Source of the DNA: an uncultured bacterium | GTDB lineage: Bacteria; Verrucomicrobiota; Verrucomicrobiia; Limisphaerales; UBA8199 | Assembly: GCA_963749495.1 (NCBI GenBank) | Contig: CAVVMW010000006.1 | Location: 832,001 to 896,000, forward strand | Length of the DNA: 64,000 nt | Reading direction: 5' to 3' | In this document: positions 17,655-28,095 of the stretch, in pieces | Layout of the letters: every line of letters begins with the position of its first letter | Position numbering within the stretch: position 1 is the first letter of the stretch | Program-made: the position numbers and the translations under genes | Notes under the pieces: model-generated | Told to the model about the DNA's origin: nothing | Databases searched by the model: none | Seen by the model: only the letters and a program-made list of their open reading frames with translations

Positions 17655-18932
17655 ATGAAATCCAACACAGCCAAGTTACAGGTGCCCGATGTCCAACCTA
17701 AAGCCGCATTGAGCCGGCGCCGATTTCTTGGCGGCACGCTGGCCGCCACGGCGGCAGCGACTTCGCTCGGCCGCCTGGCGAGCCTGGGGGCCAAGCCCGG
17801 CGCGGCGGCGGCTGCGCCCCGCCAGTTCGCGCGCAAGCTCAAGCTGGGCGTGGTGGGCAACGGGGGACGGGGGAGCTGGATAGCGGGGCTTTTCAAGAAG
17901 CACGGCGGCTACGAGATGCACGCCGTGGCCGACTATTTCCCGAGCGTAGCCGGGCAGTGCGGCGAAGCGCTGGGCGTGGACAAGGCACGGCGATTCTCGG
18001 GCCTGTCGGGCTACCGCCAGTTGATGGAGAGCGGAGTGGAGGCGGTGGCCCTGGAAGTGCCGCCCTACTTTTTCCCTGAGCAGGCGCGCGCGGCGGTCGA
18101 GGCCGGTCTTCATGTCTATATGGCCAAACCGGTGGCGGTGGACGTGCCCGGCAGCCTGCAGATCCTCGAGGCGGGCAGGAAGGCGGCGCAGCAGCACACG
18201 TGCTTCTTGGTGGACTATCAAATGCCCACGGACCCGGCGAACCTCCAGGTGCTGGGGCGCGTGCGCAGCCCCGGTTTTGGCAGGATTGCCCAGGTGGACA
18301 CGATCGGGATCAGCGGCGGCTTTGCCGACCCGCCCAAGACCGCCACTATCGAGAGCCGGCTTCGCGGCCTCGTCTGGGTCAACGACATCGCCCTGGGCTG
18401 CGACAACATCGGCAACTACGACATCCATGCCGTGGATGCCGCTATCTGGGTCCTGGGCCGGCGGCCGGTCGCCGCCAGCGGGGCCTCGCGCATATGCCGC
18501 TCCGACCCGCACGGCGACGGCCGCGACGTCTGCTCGGTCGTCTTCGAGTATGCCGACGGCCTGGTCCACAACCATTTCGGGCAGGCGCTCAACAACTTGG
18601 TGCCCGGAGAACTGAGCTGCCGCGTCTGCACCGAGAAGGGCTTTGCCATAGTCAACTATTGGGCCAAGGCCCAGTTCCGCTCCCCTGACGATGCTTACTC
18701 CGCCCCGGTGGAAAACCTCTACGAGGCCGGCGCCATGCGCAATATCGAGACCTTCTACAAAAATGTCACCGAAGGCCGCTGCGAAAACGAGACCGTCCAA
18801 CGCGCCGTCGACGGCGTGCTGACCTGCGTGCTGGGCCGGGAAGCCGCCGCCCGCCAAGCGCGCCTGACCATGGAGCAATTGCTCAAGGAGAACAAACGGC
18901 TGGCGGTGGATTTGAGCGGATTGAAGGCATAA
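17655..18932 (+). CDS. Tat-exported Gfo/Idh/MocA-family oxidoreductase
   Basis: SRRRFLGG twin-arginine signal; GVVGNGGRG; HVYMAKPVAVD; DIHAVD. Confidence 0.85.
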   Translation: MKSNTAKLQVPDVQPKAALSRRRFLGGTLAATAAATSLGRLASLGAKPGAAAAAPRQFARKLKLGVVGNGGRGSWIAGLFKKHGGYEMHAVADYFPSVAGQCGEALGVDKARRFSGLSGYRQLMESGVEAVALEVPPYFFPEQARAAVEAGLHVYMAKPVAVDVPGSLQILEAGRKAAQQHTCFLVDYQMPTDPANLQVLGRVRSPGFGRIAQVDTIGISGGFADPPKTATIESRLRGLVWVNDIALGCDNIGNYDIHAVDAAIWVLGRRPVAASGASRICRSDPHGDGRDVCSVVFEYADGLVHNHFGQALNNLVPGELSCRVCTEKGFAIVNYWAKAQFRSPDDAYSAPVENLYEAGAMRNIETFYKNVTEGRCENETVQRAVDGVLTCVLGREAAARQARLTMEQLLKENKRLAVDLSGLKA

Positions 18933-18946
18933 CGCGGCGGAGGTGG

Positions 18947-18986
18947 GAATGACGAATGACGAATGACGAATGACGAATGACGAATG
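18947..18986. repeat. Heptamer tandem repeat (GAATGAC)x5
   Basis: Direct reading. Confidence 0.85.
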
Positions 18987-19000
18987 TATGAGGGCCAGCC

Positions 19001-21406
19001 TCACTCCTCGCTCATGAGGTGCAGGAGCGAGCTCCTCACGGTCAGGGCCAGCAGGTCGTTGACGACGTCCAGGACGATGAATTTGCGCACCTGGCCCCAG
19101 ATTTCGGTTTCGTAGGCCGCGCCGATGTGCAGGAGGAGGGAATCGAGCATCTCGCGGGTGTCATCGCGAGCCAGGAGGCGCTCGAAGCCGCGCCGGATGG
19201 CGGGCAGCGAGACCTGGACGATGTTGGTGTGGTCGAGCACGGCCTGGAGGGCGAGTTGGAGGAGCAGGCGCATCTCCTCGGAGCAGAGGCCGGCCTGGCC
19301 TGACGTGGCGCGCAGGATGGCGCGTTTGGAGAGGAGGAGGTAAAGGGCGCGGAAGCGGATTCTCTGGGTGGGCGGCTCGATCCAGGGCTCGGGACGGAGC
19401 GCGCCGAGGACCGTGGTGGCGGGGTCGGTGGGATTGGCGAGGCGCTCGGCCAGCGGGGTGCCCATGACGCGCTCGTCTTCCCACCAGCCGGGGATTTCCT
19501 CCAGCTTGCAGTGGGCCTCACGGGCCATGCGCTGGTCAAACTCGCGGACCAGGCGCAGTTCTTTATGGAGATAGCTGTAGCTGAGTGGGGCCAGGACGGC
19601 CTTGCGCAGGCGCAGGGGCAAGGGGACCAGGTCCGGCAGGATCAGCCGGACCTCCAAGAGGCCGCCATGGTGCTCGATGGCGGCGCGCATGCAGAGGTCC
19701 CAGCACCCCTCGATGCGGGGCAGTTTCTCGTGCAGGTTCATGCCCGCCAGGAGCGAGACGGCCTCGGTGTGCGTGACCTCGCGGGTCAGCAGCGGCGTCA
19801 GCCCGTGCCGGCTGGCCAGCCGGTAAAGGAACTCATACGGAGTGAGGTTCTGCCCGGCGGTCTGGCGGCCAAACCAGCCGGAGAGTTCCTTGAGGGTACA
19901 CCGCCACAGGACCTGCTCCTCGACCTCGTGGATGGAGCCCAGCCCGTTCTCATACAACGCGTAGGCGTAAGCGCTGCGCAGCATGGCGCGGCCGCGCGGC
20001 CCTTTCCATTTCCCGTATTCCTGCTCCAGTTCCCAGGGCTTGAGCTGATCGCAGCCCCAGCCGAAATACTCCGGGGCCACCCGGCGCAGCGCGGTGAAGC
20101 CCGAGACGCCAAACCTGGAGAGGATCTGCGGCGAGACCTCGTCAAAGAGCCGCGCCCAGCACCGGTACGAGCGGGCCGTCTCGTAGTCCAGCCCGCCGTC
20201 CTGGCCAAAGAGGGCGGGTTCGGCGGCGCGGGCGTGGTCCATGACCGTGCGGGCAACGCGGTCCAGCCCCTCCCAGATGGCCTGGCGGCTGTCGTGGCAG
20301 ATGCGCTGGGGCCAGGCGGAGACCCGCCCCAGGACCTCGTCCGGGAGGTTGCCGCGTCCGAGCAACTCGATGCACCGCGCCAGCACCGCCCGCCAGTCGA
20401 AGAGTCCGCTCTCGCGCAGCAGCGAGGGGGCTACGCGCACGCCGAGCGACAGGAAGGCGTCTTCCCAATCCACGCGCGCGAAGGCGCCGATATTCCAGCG
20501 GGGCTGGTCGTGGTCGAGGGCGACCAGGCGCAGGTCGTAGCGGATCTTCCAAAGCGCGGCGGTAATGAGCAAGTCCGCCGCGCGCTGGTCGCTCAACTCC
20601 TGCCGGAGGGTCAGTTTCCAGGGCCGCACCGGGGGGTCGTCTCCCCGGGTGATGCCCGGGAAGGCCACCTCGGGGACCAGGCTGGAGCGGATGAGGCGGA
20701 ATCCGGCGCTGCGGAGCAGGTGCCGCAGGTCCGCGTTCTCGATGTCGGCGCAGGTGCGCAACCCGAACTTGTGGCAGAGCAGGTAGCGCAGATACACCGG
20801 CGCGCGCCGCTCGAAGATGCCGTGTTCGCGGGGCGAGAGTGTGGCCAGGGCGGCGGGCGGCGCCCGGTGAGAGAGCGGGCAGAGCAGCGACTTGGGATAG
20901 GAACCCAGGAATCCCTCGACCCTGGGTCTGACGGAGTGGAAGGCGGTGAGGATCAGCAGCGCGTCATAGTCCGGCTCTTCCTGGATGTTGGGCACGCCGG
21001 CCATAGGGCCGGCAATGCGAAAGACCCGCTCGAAGTGCGGGATTTCGGGAGGTTGCGCCGCTGCCCCGTTGCCCGATTTGCACCGGTGTTCCGCCTCAGC
21101 CAAAGGGTAGCGCCCCGAGATGACCCGCGCCTTTTCCAGCAGCAAGGCGTCGAACTCGGGCAACTCGATGCAGGCGCGCGCCTCGTCGGGAGCTGGGGCC
21201 AGCAACCAGGGGACCGGCCAGCCGTAGCGGCCCAGGCGCGTGGTCGGCGCGGCAAGCGGCTGCAACGGCCTGGCCTGCGCCTGCGCGGCATCTGCCATCG
21301 CATCCGTGTCCGCAATGCCAACCGGGGCCTCCTGCTCATCGTCGCGGCTCGCCGTTGGCATTTGCTCAGAGTCGGTCCATCCGGCCATGGCCACCTGTTT
21401 TATCAT
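19001..21406 (-). CDS. Large hypothetical protein (801 aa)
   Basis: Long ORF with host-like G/C-ending codons that fills the space between two genes; no family recognised with confidence. Confidence 0.75.
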   Translation of the reverse strand: MIKQVAMAGWTDSEQMPTASRDDEQEAPVGIADTDAMADAAQAQARPLQPLAAPTTRLGRYGWPVPWLLAPAPDEARACIELPEFDALLLEKARVISGRYPLAEAEHRCKSGNGAAAQPPEIPHFERVFRIAGPMAGVPNIQEEPDYDALLILTAFHSVRPRVEGFLGSYPKSLLCPLSHRAPPAALATLSPREHGIFERRAPVYLRYLLCHKFGLRTCADIENADLRHLLRSAGFRLIRSSLVPEVAFPGITRGDDPPVRPWKLTLRQELSDQRAADLLITAALWKIRYDLRLVALDHDQPRWNIGAFARVDWEDAFLSLGVRVAPSLLRESGLFDWRAVLARCIELLGRGNLPDEVLGRVSAWPQRICHDSRQAIWEGLDRVARTVMDHARAAEPALFGQDGGLDYETARSYRCWARLFDEVSPQILSRFGVSGFTALRRVAPEYFGWGCDQLKPWELEQEYGKWKGPRGRAMLRSAYAYALYENGLGSIHEVEEQVLWRCTLKELSGWFGRQTAGQNLTPYEFLYRLASRHGLTPLLTREVTHTEAVSLLAGMNLHEKLPRIEGCWDLCMRAAIEHHGGLLEVRLILPDLVPLPLRLRKAVLAPLSYSYLHKELRLVREFDQRMAREAHCKLEEIPGWWEDERVMGTPLAERLANPTDPATTVLGALRPEPWIEPPTQRIRFRALYLLLSKRAILRATSGQAGLCSEEMRLLLQLALQAVLDHTNIVQVSLPAIRRGFERLLARDDTREMLDSLLLHIGAAYETEIWGQVRKFIVLDVVNDLLALTVRSSLLHLMSEE

Positions 21407-21517
21407 AGTCGCCCGGGAAAGTCACCTTTTCAATTGATGATTCTCCGAAAAGAGTTGTTGGCATTTAGGCCGGATGTGATATAACCGTACAATACGAAAC
21501 TGTTCAGCTTGCAGAAA

Positions 21518-22240
21518 ATGAACAACCTAACTCGTGTGCTCTCGCTCTGCGCGGCGCTGCTGGCGGGCTTGTCCGCCCAGGCGCAATACCCCATCCAGCG
21601 GCCGGGCGGCGGTCTCTACACCGCTCCTTACAGCCGTCCCTACGGCGCGGCTTACGGCGCGCGCGCGGGCATGACCAACATCACCGTCACCCCGGCCCGG
21701 CTCAGCGGCTATGTCCCGGACGACAAATACAAGCTCCGCAGGGGCGACAAGGTCAGCCTCCAGATCCTCGAGGACCGCGAACCGCCGCTGAGCCTGACGG
21801 TGGCCGATTCCGGGGAGTTGGAGGTGCCGTATATCGGGCGTATCTCCGTCACCAACAAGACCTGCAAGGAGATCGTGGGCGTGGCGAAGGTCGAGTTGGA
21901 GAAGAAGTACTATCATAAGGCCAGCGTGATCCTGGCCCTGGATGAGGCCAACAAGCTGTGGGGGCGGGTCTATGTCTTTGGCCAGGTCAAGAACCAGGGG
22001 GCCCTCGAGGTCCAGATGCACGAGAACATCACCGCCTCCATAGCCATCCTGCGCGCCGGGGGCTTTGGCGACTTCGCCAACAAGAAGCGCGTCCTGATCA
22101 TCCGCCGCGGCCCCAACGGCACGGTTCAGAGAATCGAAAAGAACATGACCCAGGTCATCGATGAAGGCCAGATCGAAAAGGACGAGCCCCTCCAGCCGGA
22201 AGACATGGTGGTCGTGCCGTCGAGGGCCTTCAGCGCCTGA
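21518..22240 (+). CDS. wza: Polysaccharide export protein (Wza/OPX, poly_export + SLBB)
   Basis: Signal peptide; YKLRRGDKVSLQILED...GELEVPYIG; VYVFGQVKNQG; AGGFGDFAN. Confidence 0.8.
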   Translation: MNNLTRVLSLCAALLAGLSAQAQYPIQRPGGGLYTAPYSRPYGAAYGARAGMTNITVTPARLSGYVPDDKYKLRRGDKVSLQILEDREPPLSLTVADSGELEVPYIGRISVTNKTCKEIVGVAKVELEKKYYHKASVILALDEANKLWGRVYVFGQVKNQGALEVQMHENITASIAILRAGGFGDFANKKRVLIIRRGPNGTVQRIEKNMTQVIDEGQIEKDEPLQPEDMVVVPSRAFSA

Positions 22241-22295
22241 GTTGCCTGCCTGGCTTTGTCCTGAGTCTTTCGACGACACATACGGTAATACGGCC

Positions 22296-24473
22296 ATGAA
22301 TCTCAACGATCGCCCCGCGCAAAATCGCTCGGCTGAAAAGGCCCACTTCCTGGCGGGCTTCCACCGCTACAAGAGCCTATTGATCAGGAAATGGTGGATT
22401 CCCGCGATCTGCATGCTCACCGGGCTGGTGAGCATTTGGTCGCTCTCCTGGTACGGGCCGCCTGCCTACAGATCCGTCGGGCGCATGATCGTGAGCACCA
22501 AGATAAACGCCCAGGAGACCTCCGGCTTTACCGAGGAGATGAACAATTTCCTGGGCACCCAGGCCAGCATGATGCAAAGCGACAAGGTTGTGCGGCCGGC
22601 CTGGCAGTACGTGAGACAGAGGTACAAAGATTCGTCCGCCGAGGCTTACGGGCGGCGTGGGGGGGTGCCGCTCAAACTCAGGGTTAGCGTCACCCCCAAG
22701 ACCAGCATCTTCGTCCTCACCGGCACCGGATTCGACGCCGATGTCACCAAGCTGTTCGTCCAGTATTGCATGGACCGGTTCGTAATGCTCAAGAATGAGA
22801 TGCGTGAGCAAACGTCCGACCAGGCCATCTCGGCCCTGGCCAAGCAAAGAGACGATCTGGAAAAGGACCTGACCGCGCTCGACGCCGAACAGGTCGCCTA
22901 CGCGGGCACCAACTACGAGGTCCTCTTCGAGGAGCAGGGCAGCAGCGTCGGCCATTATATCAGCGCCCTGAGCCAGCGCCTGGCCGCCCTCCAAAGCGAA
23001 CTGGAGCTCCTGCAGTCGCTCAACCTGGACGAGAGCCTGCAACGCTGGCAGGAAATGGGCACCGCCCTGCCCATCGTCGATGACCTCAACCGCAATGGCG
23101 TCTTTCCCCAGGGCAGCTCCAGCAGCGTCAGCGAACTGGCCACCGACTATCTGCGCGCCAAACAACAGATGCTCCTGCTCCAGGCGGACAAGGAAGAGCG
23201 GGCCAAGGACCTGCGGGAAGAGCACCCCCTGATGGTCGACATGAAAGAGGAGATTGCCCGGCACCAGGCCCTCCTGGACATCTATCGCCTGCAGGGAATG
23301 GAGCAGTTGCAGAGCCGGACCAACTCCCTGGCCCTGCAGATCAGGAACCTCGAGCGCGAACTGGGGGATTGGAACAAGAAGGCCCTCGATGTCAGCCGGA
23401 AACTGGCCGAATACCGCCGCCTCAAGACCAAAGTCCAGCGCTTCGAGAACCTCTACGATCGCATGTCCATCAGCATCGAGACCTTGGAAGCCAACAGACA
23501 GGCCACCCCGGAAACGGTGAGCATCATGGAAAACGCCTCGGAGGGTGTCGAGGACCGCCCCACGGTCTCCCGGCTCATGGCGGCCGGCGGGTTCGTGGGC
23601 CTGCTCTTGGGCCTGGGCATGCTCATGCTCATGGATCGCATGGACGACCGCATGGCCTCGGCCACCGAATTGCAGGAGATGTTCGACGAAGAGATCCTGG
23701 CCCAGATCCCGCGAGAGGGGTCCGGGCGCTCCCGCGAGATCAAGCTCCTGGTCCCCGAGGACACGCGCCATTCCTACGTCGAGTCCTACCGCAACCTGCG
23801 CTCCTCCCTGCTCTACATGACCGAGGCCGAGAAACGGCCCAAGACCCTCCTGCTCACCAGCTCGGTCCCCAACGACGGCAAGTCGGTCACCGCCTCCAAT
23901 CTGGCCATCACCATGGCCAGCGCCGGCTCCCGTGTCCTGCTCGTGGACGCCGACCTGCGCAAGGGCGTCCTGCACCACCGCTTCGGCCTCCCGCCCGGAC
24001 AAGGTCTCTGCGAAGTCCTCGCCCAACAGGTGGGCTGGAAAGACGCCGTGACCGCCACCCGCTACCCCAACCTCTCCATCCTCCGCCGCGGCGCCACCAG
24101 CCACCATTCCAGCGAACTCTTCCTCAGCCCCGCCATGGACAAGCTCATCGAGGAGCTCGCCGCCGCTCATGACTTCGTCCTCTTCGACACCGCCCCCGTC
24201 ATGGCGGCCGACGACGTCACCACCCTCGCCCCCCGCATGGATGGGGTCGTCTTCGTCGTCCGCGCCGAACACACCTCGGCCCGCGTCGCCCAGGCCGCCC
24301 TCCAGTTGCTCTACCAGCGCCAGGTCCGCATTCTGGGCATGGTCTTCAACGCCGTCCGCCCGCGCAGCGGAGATTACTATTACTATTACAAGTATAAGGA
24401 CTACTACAAGAGCTACCCCAGCTCCGGCGACGGCGAAGACCACAAACCGCGCCAGGAAAAGGCGCCGGCCTGA
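22296..24473 (+). CDS. wzc: Polysaccharide co-polymerase / BY-kinase (Wzc)
   Basis: Two TM segments, coiled coil, Walker A TSSVPNDGKS, LLVDADLRK, FDTAP and C-terminal tyrosine cluster YYYYYKYKDYYKSY. Confidence 0.9.
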   Translation: MNLNDRPAQNRSAEKAHFLAGFHRYKSLLIRKWWIPAICMLTGLVSIWSLSWYGPPAYRSVGRMIVSTKINAQETSGFTEEMNNFLGTQASMMQSDKVVRPAWQYVRQRYKDSSAEAYGRRGGVPLKLRVSVTPKTSIFVLTGTGFDADVTKLFVQYCMDRFVMLKNEMREQTSDQAISALAKQRDDLEKDLTALDAEQVAYAGTNYEVLFEEQGSSVGHYISALSQRLAALQSELELLQSLNLDESLQRWQEMGTALPIVDDLNRNGVFPQGSSSSVSELATDYLRAKQQMLLLQADKEERAKDLREEHPLMVDMKEEIARHQALLDIYRLQGMEQLQSRTNSLALQIRNLERELGDWNKKALDVSRKLAEYRRLKTKVQRFENLYDRMSISIETLEANRQATPETVSIMENASEGVEDRPTVSRLMAAGGFVGLLLGLGMLMLMDRMDDRMASATELQEMFDEEILAQIPREGSGRSREIKLLVPEDTRHSYVESYRNLRSSLLYMTEAEKRPKTLLLTSSVPNDGKSVTASNLAITMASAGSRVLLVDADLRKGVLHHRFGLPPGQGLCEVLAQQVGWKDAVTATRYPNLSILRRGATSHHSSELFLSPAMDKLIEELAAAHDFVLFDTAPVMAADDVTTLAPRMDGVVFVVRAEHTSARVAQAALQLLYQRQVRILGMVFNAVRPRSGDYYYYYKYKDYYKSYPSSGDGEDHKPRQEKAPA

Positions 24474-24643
24474 CCGCTGGTGCGCACTCAAGACGATGAT
24501 GGCGAAACGGCCTGCACTGGTCTCAGGATGGGGCGCAATCGAGACTCTCCAGAGAGGGGCCGAAAGATCCCTTGCGCCCCTGAGTTGGGGGCGGTTTCTC
24601 GACACGACCTCTGCTCGGTGCTGCTCGACTCACTGACCCAAAT

Positions 24644-25057
24644 TCAATCTGCGGTTGCGGGCGCCGGTCTGTAGTAGAGGATCTTGGCGTGAGGATAACG
24701 GCGCCATGCGCGATCGGTCGTGACCACCGTCAGCCCGTTCTGCCGGGCGGTGGCCACGATCATCTGATCGTACGGATCCTCCACCGGAAACGCGGGCAAA
24801 GCAACGGAGTCGGCCGCAATTTCCGGCGTGAGAGGAAGAAGGACCAATTGGCTGGTGAGGGCCGTTTTGAGCCAAGTGAGCGTCGGTTGGCCAAGATCAA
24901 GCCTCCCACGAGCGGCCTTCCACGCCACCTCGCGCAAGGACACTACGCTGATTCCCACCTGGGCTTCGGCGCTCAACGCCGCGCAGCAATCCTCCGGCAG
25001 CGTTTGGGGTTCGCGCGAGAGTCGCAGCCAGATACCCGTGTCCAGGAGATAGCGCAT
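24644..25057 (-). CDS. vapC: VapC/PIN toxin
   Basis: YLLDTGIWL...SVVSLREVAWK...DPYDQMIVATA...VVTTD. Confidence 0.85.
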   Translation of the reverse strand: MRYLLDTGIWLRLSREPQTLPEDCCAALSAEAQVGISVVSLREVAWKAARGRLDLGQPTLTWLKTALTSQLVLLPLTPEIAADSVALPAFPVEDPYDQMIVATARQNGLTVVTTDRAWRRYPHAKILYYRPAPATAD

Positions 25058-25060
25058 CGC

Positions 25061-25270
25061 TTACCATTTCTCGCCGGTCGGTTCATCCAGATCGGCAGGC
25101 AAAGCAGGGCCACCCGCGGTGGCCCCAATGAATAAACGACGTTCACTCCAAGGCGTCACCCGAGCAACCGGCTGCCCCTCCGAAACCAACTGGACCTCTT
25201 CGCCCGCGGCGACCCACCGGAGGATCTCTGTCCACTGCCGCGGCACTTCCTGAACACTGGCGGTTTTCAT
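25061..25270 (-). CDS. Phd/YefM-like antitoxin
   Basis: MKTASVQEVPRQWTEILRWVAAGEEVQLVSEGQPVARVTP; directly upstream of vapC. Confidence 0.75.
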   Translation of the reverse strand: MKTASVQEVPRQWTEILRWVAAGEEVQLVSEGQPVARVTPWSERRLFIGATAGGPALPADLDEPTGEKW

Positions 25271-25337
25271 AGCAGCAACATGGCGCCCGGCTTGGCCACT
25301 GGCAAGCCTGCAGGTGAATGCGTCATGGCACCTGAGG

Positions 25338-26480
25338 TCAGCGTTCCCCTGTTGCGGCGCGGGCCAGGAGCACCTTGCGAGTGGGCGCGTAGTTGGCGGC
25401 GAACTGCCGGCGGTAGTCTGCGAAGGCACCGGCGGCGATGGCGGCGCGGACCTCGTCCATGACCTTGAGGAAGAGCCAGGTGTTGTGCAGGCTGAGCATG
25501 CGCAGGCCCAGGATCTCCCCGACATTGAGCAGGTGGCGCAGGTAGGCGCGGGTGAAGCGGCGGCAGGCAAAGCACTGGCAGCCCTCCTCGATGGGCCGGA
25601 AGTCGGCCTTGCAGGCGCCCGCCTTGATGCTGAGGGTGCCGTTGCGGGTGAAGGCGGTGCCGTTGCGCGCCACGCGCGTCGGCAGCACGCAATCGAACAT
25701 GTCCACCCCGCGGGCGACCAGTTCGACGAGTTGCGCGGGCGTGCCCAGGCCCATGGCGTAGCGCGGGCGGGCGGGCGGCAGGAATGGCTCGCTGAGCTCG
25801 ATCGCCCGCATCATCTCGGGCTCGGGTTCGCCGACACTGACGCCGCCGATGGCGTAGCCGTCGAATTGGAGGGCGGCCAGGGCCTGGGCGCATTCCCGGC
25901 GCAGGGCGGGGTCGGTTCCGCCCTGGACGATGCCAAAGAGCAATTGGTCCGGCGGGCGGGGCTGGGCGCGGCATTGGGCGGCCCAGCGCAGCGTGCGCTC
26001 GACGGCCCCGCGCAGTTCGCGCGGCGTGCTCGTGTGGGGCGGGCAATCATCGAAGACCATCGCGATGTCCGAGCCCAGGGCGCCCTGGATGGCCATCGCC
26101 TCCTTGGGCCCCAGGAACAGGAGCGAGCCGTCCAGGTGGGATCGAAACTCGACCCCGTGCGCATGGATCTTGCGGATGGTGGCCAGGCTGAAGACCTGGA
26201 ACCCGCCGCTGTCAGTCAGCAGCGGGTGCGGCCAGCCGATGAAGCGGTGCAGGCCGCCGGCGGCGCCGATGATCTCGACCCCGGGGCGCAGGCTCAAGTG
26301 ATAGGTGTTGCCAAGGAGGATCCGGGCGCCTATCTCGGCCAACTCGCGGGGGTCGAGGGCCTTGACGCTGCCTTGCGTGCCCACGGGCATGAAGACCGGG
26401 GTGTCCACCGCCCCGTGCGACGTGGTCAATCGCCCCAGCCGCGCCTTGGAGGCCGGATCGGTTTTGAGCAACTCGAACAT
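25338..26480 (-). CDS. tgt: tRNA-guanine transglycosylase
   Basis: TPVFMPVGTQG, LTDSGGFQVFSL, GIVQGG, DMFDCVLPTR and Zn site CQCFAC...H. Confidence 0.97.
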   Translation of the reverse strand: MFELLKTDPASKARLGRLTTSHGAVDTPVFMPVGTQGSVKALDPRELAEIGARILLGNTYHLSLRPGVEIIGAAGGLHRFIGWPHPLLTDSGGFQVFSLATIRKIHAHGVEFRSHLDGSLLFLGPKEAMAIQGALGSDIAMVFDDCPPHTSTPRELRGAVERTLRWAAQCRAQPRPPDQLLFGIVQGGTDPALRRECAQALAALQFDGYAIGGVSVGEPEPEMMRAIELSEPFLPPARPRYAMGLGTPAQLVELVARGVDMFDCVLPTRVARNGTAFTRNGTLSIKAGACKADFRPIEEGCQCFACRRFTRAYLRHLLNVGEILGLRMLSLHNTWLFLKVMDEVRAAIAAGAFADYRRQFAANYAPTRKVLLARAATGER

Positions 26481-26522
26481 CGAGTGTCGAGTGTCCAGTC
26501 TCGAGTGTCGAGTGTCGAGCGT

Positions 26523-27455
26523 TCAATCCAACTCGACGGCCAGGCCCTCGCGGGCGGCCTCCACGTCGAGCGTCCCGTTGCGGGCCGTCACGAGCCGGCG
26601 GGCCCGGGCGGTCATTTCCGCGATCTTGTCGTCGTCGTGGCTCGGGTCGAAATGGAACAGGAAGAGCCGTTTGACCTGGGCCTCCAGGGCCAGGGCCACC
26701 GCGTCGTCCAAGCAGGCGTGTCCCCAGCCCGTGTGCTGCGCGTATTCCTGGGCATCGTACTGGGCATCCATGATCAGCACGTCCGTCCCGCGCAGAAACG
26801 CGGCCATCCGCCGGTCCTTGCCCCGCGCCTCCTCCAGCGCCTTGGCGTCCGGGACGCCGCCGGCAAGGCCGGCCAGGTGCTTTGCCTGGTAGGGCTCGTT
26901 GTCCGGGAAATAGGCGACCGAGCCTTGCGGCGTGAAGAGACGGTAGCCGACACAGAGGCCCGGATGGTTGGCCGGGCAGGCGCTGACGTTGAGGGCGCCG
27001 ACGCGAAACTCGAAGTCTTGCAGCTCCTCGATTTCCACAGTGGCGGGCACGTCCCTCAAGCCGACGGGGAAATAGGGCGTATCCATCTGGCTGTAGAGGG
27101 CGTCGCCCAGGCTGTGCGGAGCGCCTCGGTAGCCAAGGATGCGCAAGTGATTGCGGGGCTGGTAAACCGGCAGAAAAAAGGGCAGGCCCTGGATGTGGTC
27201 CCAGTGGGTGTGTGTCAGCAGCAGGGTCAGGTGCAGCGGTTCATCCTGGAACTGGTCCATCAGCGCCCGGCCCAGGGGACGCAGCCCGGTGCCGGCATCG
27301 AGGATGATGATCTGGCCGCCGGTGCGGACTTCCACGCACGGCGTGTTGCCCCCGTAACGGACGGTGGTTGGGCCGGGGGTGGGCACCGAGCCGCGCACAC
27401 CCCAGAAGCGCACCTGTGTCGTCGGGGCGCACATGGCCGGGAGCTTGGTCTTCAT
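26523..27455 (-). CDS. MBL-fold metallo-hydrolase
   Basis: FWGVRGS.PTPG...YGGNTPCVE; THTHWDHIQG; GWGHA; FHFDP. Confidence 0.9.
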   Translation of the reverse strand: MKTKLPAMCAPTTQVRFWGVRGSVPTPGPTTVRYGGNTPCVEVRTGGQIIILDAGTGLRPLGRALMDQFQDEPLHLTLLLTHTHWDHIQGLPFFLPVYQPRNHLRILGYRGAPHSLGDALYSQMDTPYFPVGLRDVPATVEIEELQDFEFRVGALNVSACPANHPGLCVGYRLFTPQGSVAYFPDNEPYQAKHLAGLAGGVPDAKALEEARGKDRRMAAFLRGTDVLIMDAQYDAQEYAQHTGWGHACLDDAVALALEAQVKRLFLFHFDPSHDDDKIAEMTARARRLVTARNGTLDVEAAREGLAVELD

Positions 27456-27532
27456 CGCCGATCGGGTTCTGCTGGCAGGGTTACTGTAAGGGCGGGGCTG
27501 AAAAAGGAAAACCCAAACCGATGCGCGTGGGT

Positions 27533-27726
27533 GTGAGACAGAATGCTTCTTGGGCTGCCAGATCCCAGCTCTCAGAGCTGATCCGGGCCTTCGAGCCTTC
27601 GTTTCCTTCGTTTCCTTGTGTTCTCTTCCTGCGTCCCCCCGGCTGGGCACAGGAACAGAACAGAAGGAAACGAAGGAAACGAAGAGGCGGCCTGACGCGG
27701 CGGCATCGTTGTGGTCCGTGCCAGTT
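27533..27726 (+). repeat. ~195-bp dispersed repeat, copy 1
   Basis: Approximate reverse complement of 57659-57852; central CTTCGTTTCCTTCG / AACAGAAGGAAACGAAGG doublet. Confidence 0.75.
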
Positions 27727-28095
27727 CCTCTCTGGATTCCTGGAGATCCTCTGTGATGAAAGCCCAGCAAAATCCATTTTGTGAAGTCCACCGCACATTG
27801 CACTCTGTTGCAGGCCAACGGCCTGCCTCAAGAAGCTCCCGGAGGATGAATCGCGCTTTCAGCGCTCCAGATGATTATTGGCGGCTGTTCCCAGGGCGTT
27901 GCCCTGGGCTGGTATGAGCGACGCCTTTGGCGTCCCGAGCACGCACCGCCGGTGCCGTCGTGCAGCAGAAGAATTCTGTCGTGCGCCCCCAGTTTTTTCG
28001 CCCACTTTTTTCTTCTTGGCTTTCAAAGAGTTGTAACATATCATCGCGGCGCAAGCTTGACGGGGAGACCTCTCTCCGCATCATTGCCGCCTTTT

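Noticed and set aside
24522..24585. Hairpin CTCAGG..GGGGCGCAA / TTGCGCCCCTGAG between wzc and vapC as an ncRNA
   Set aside because: A single imperfect hairpin between converging genes; terminator or repeat relic is sufficient.
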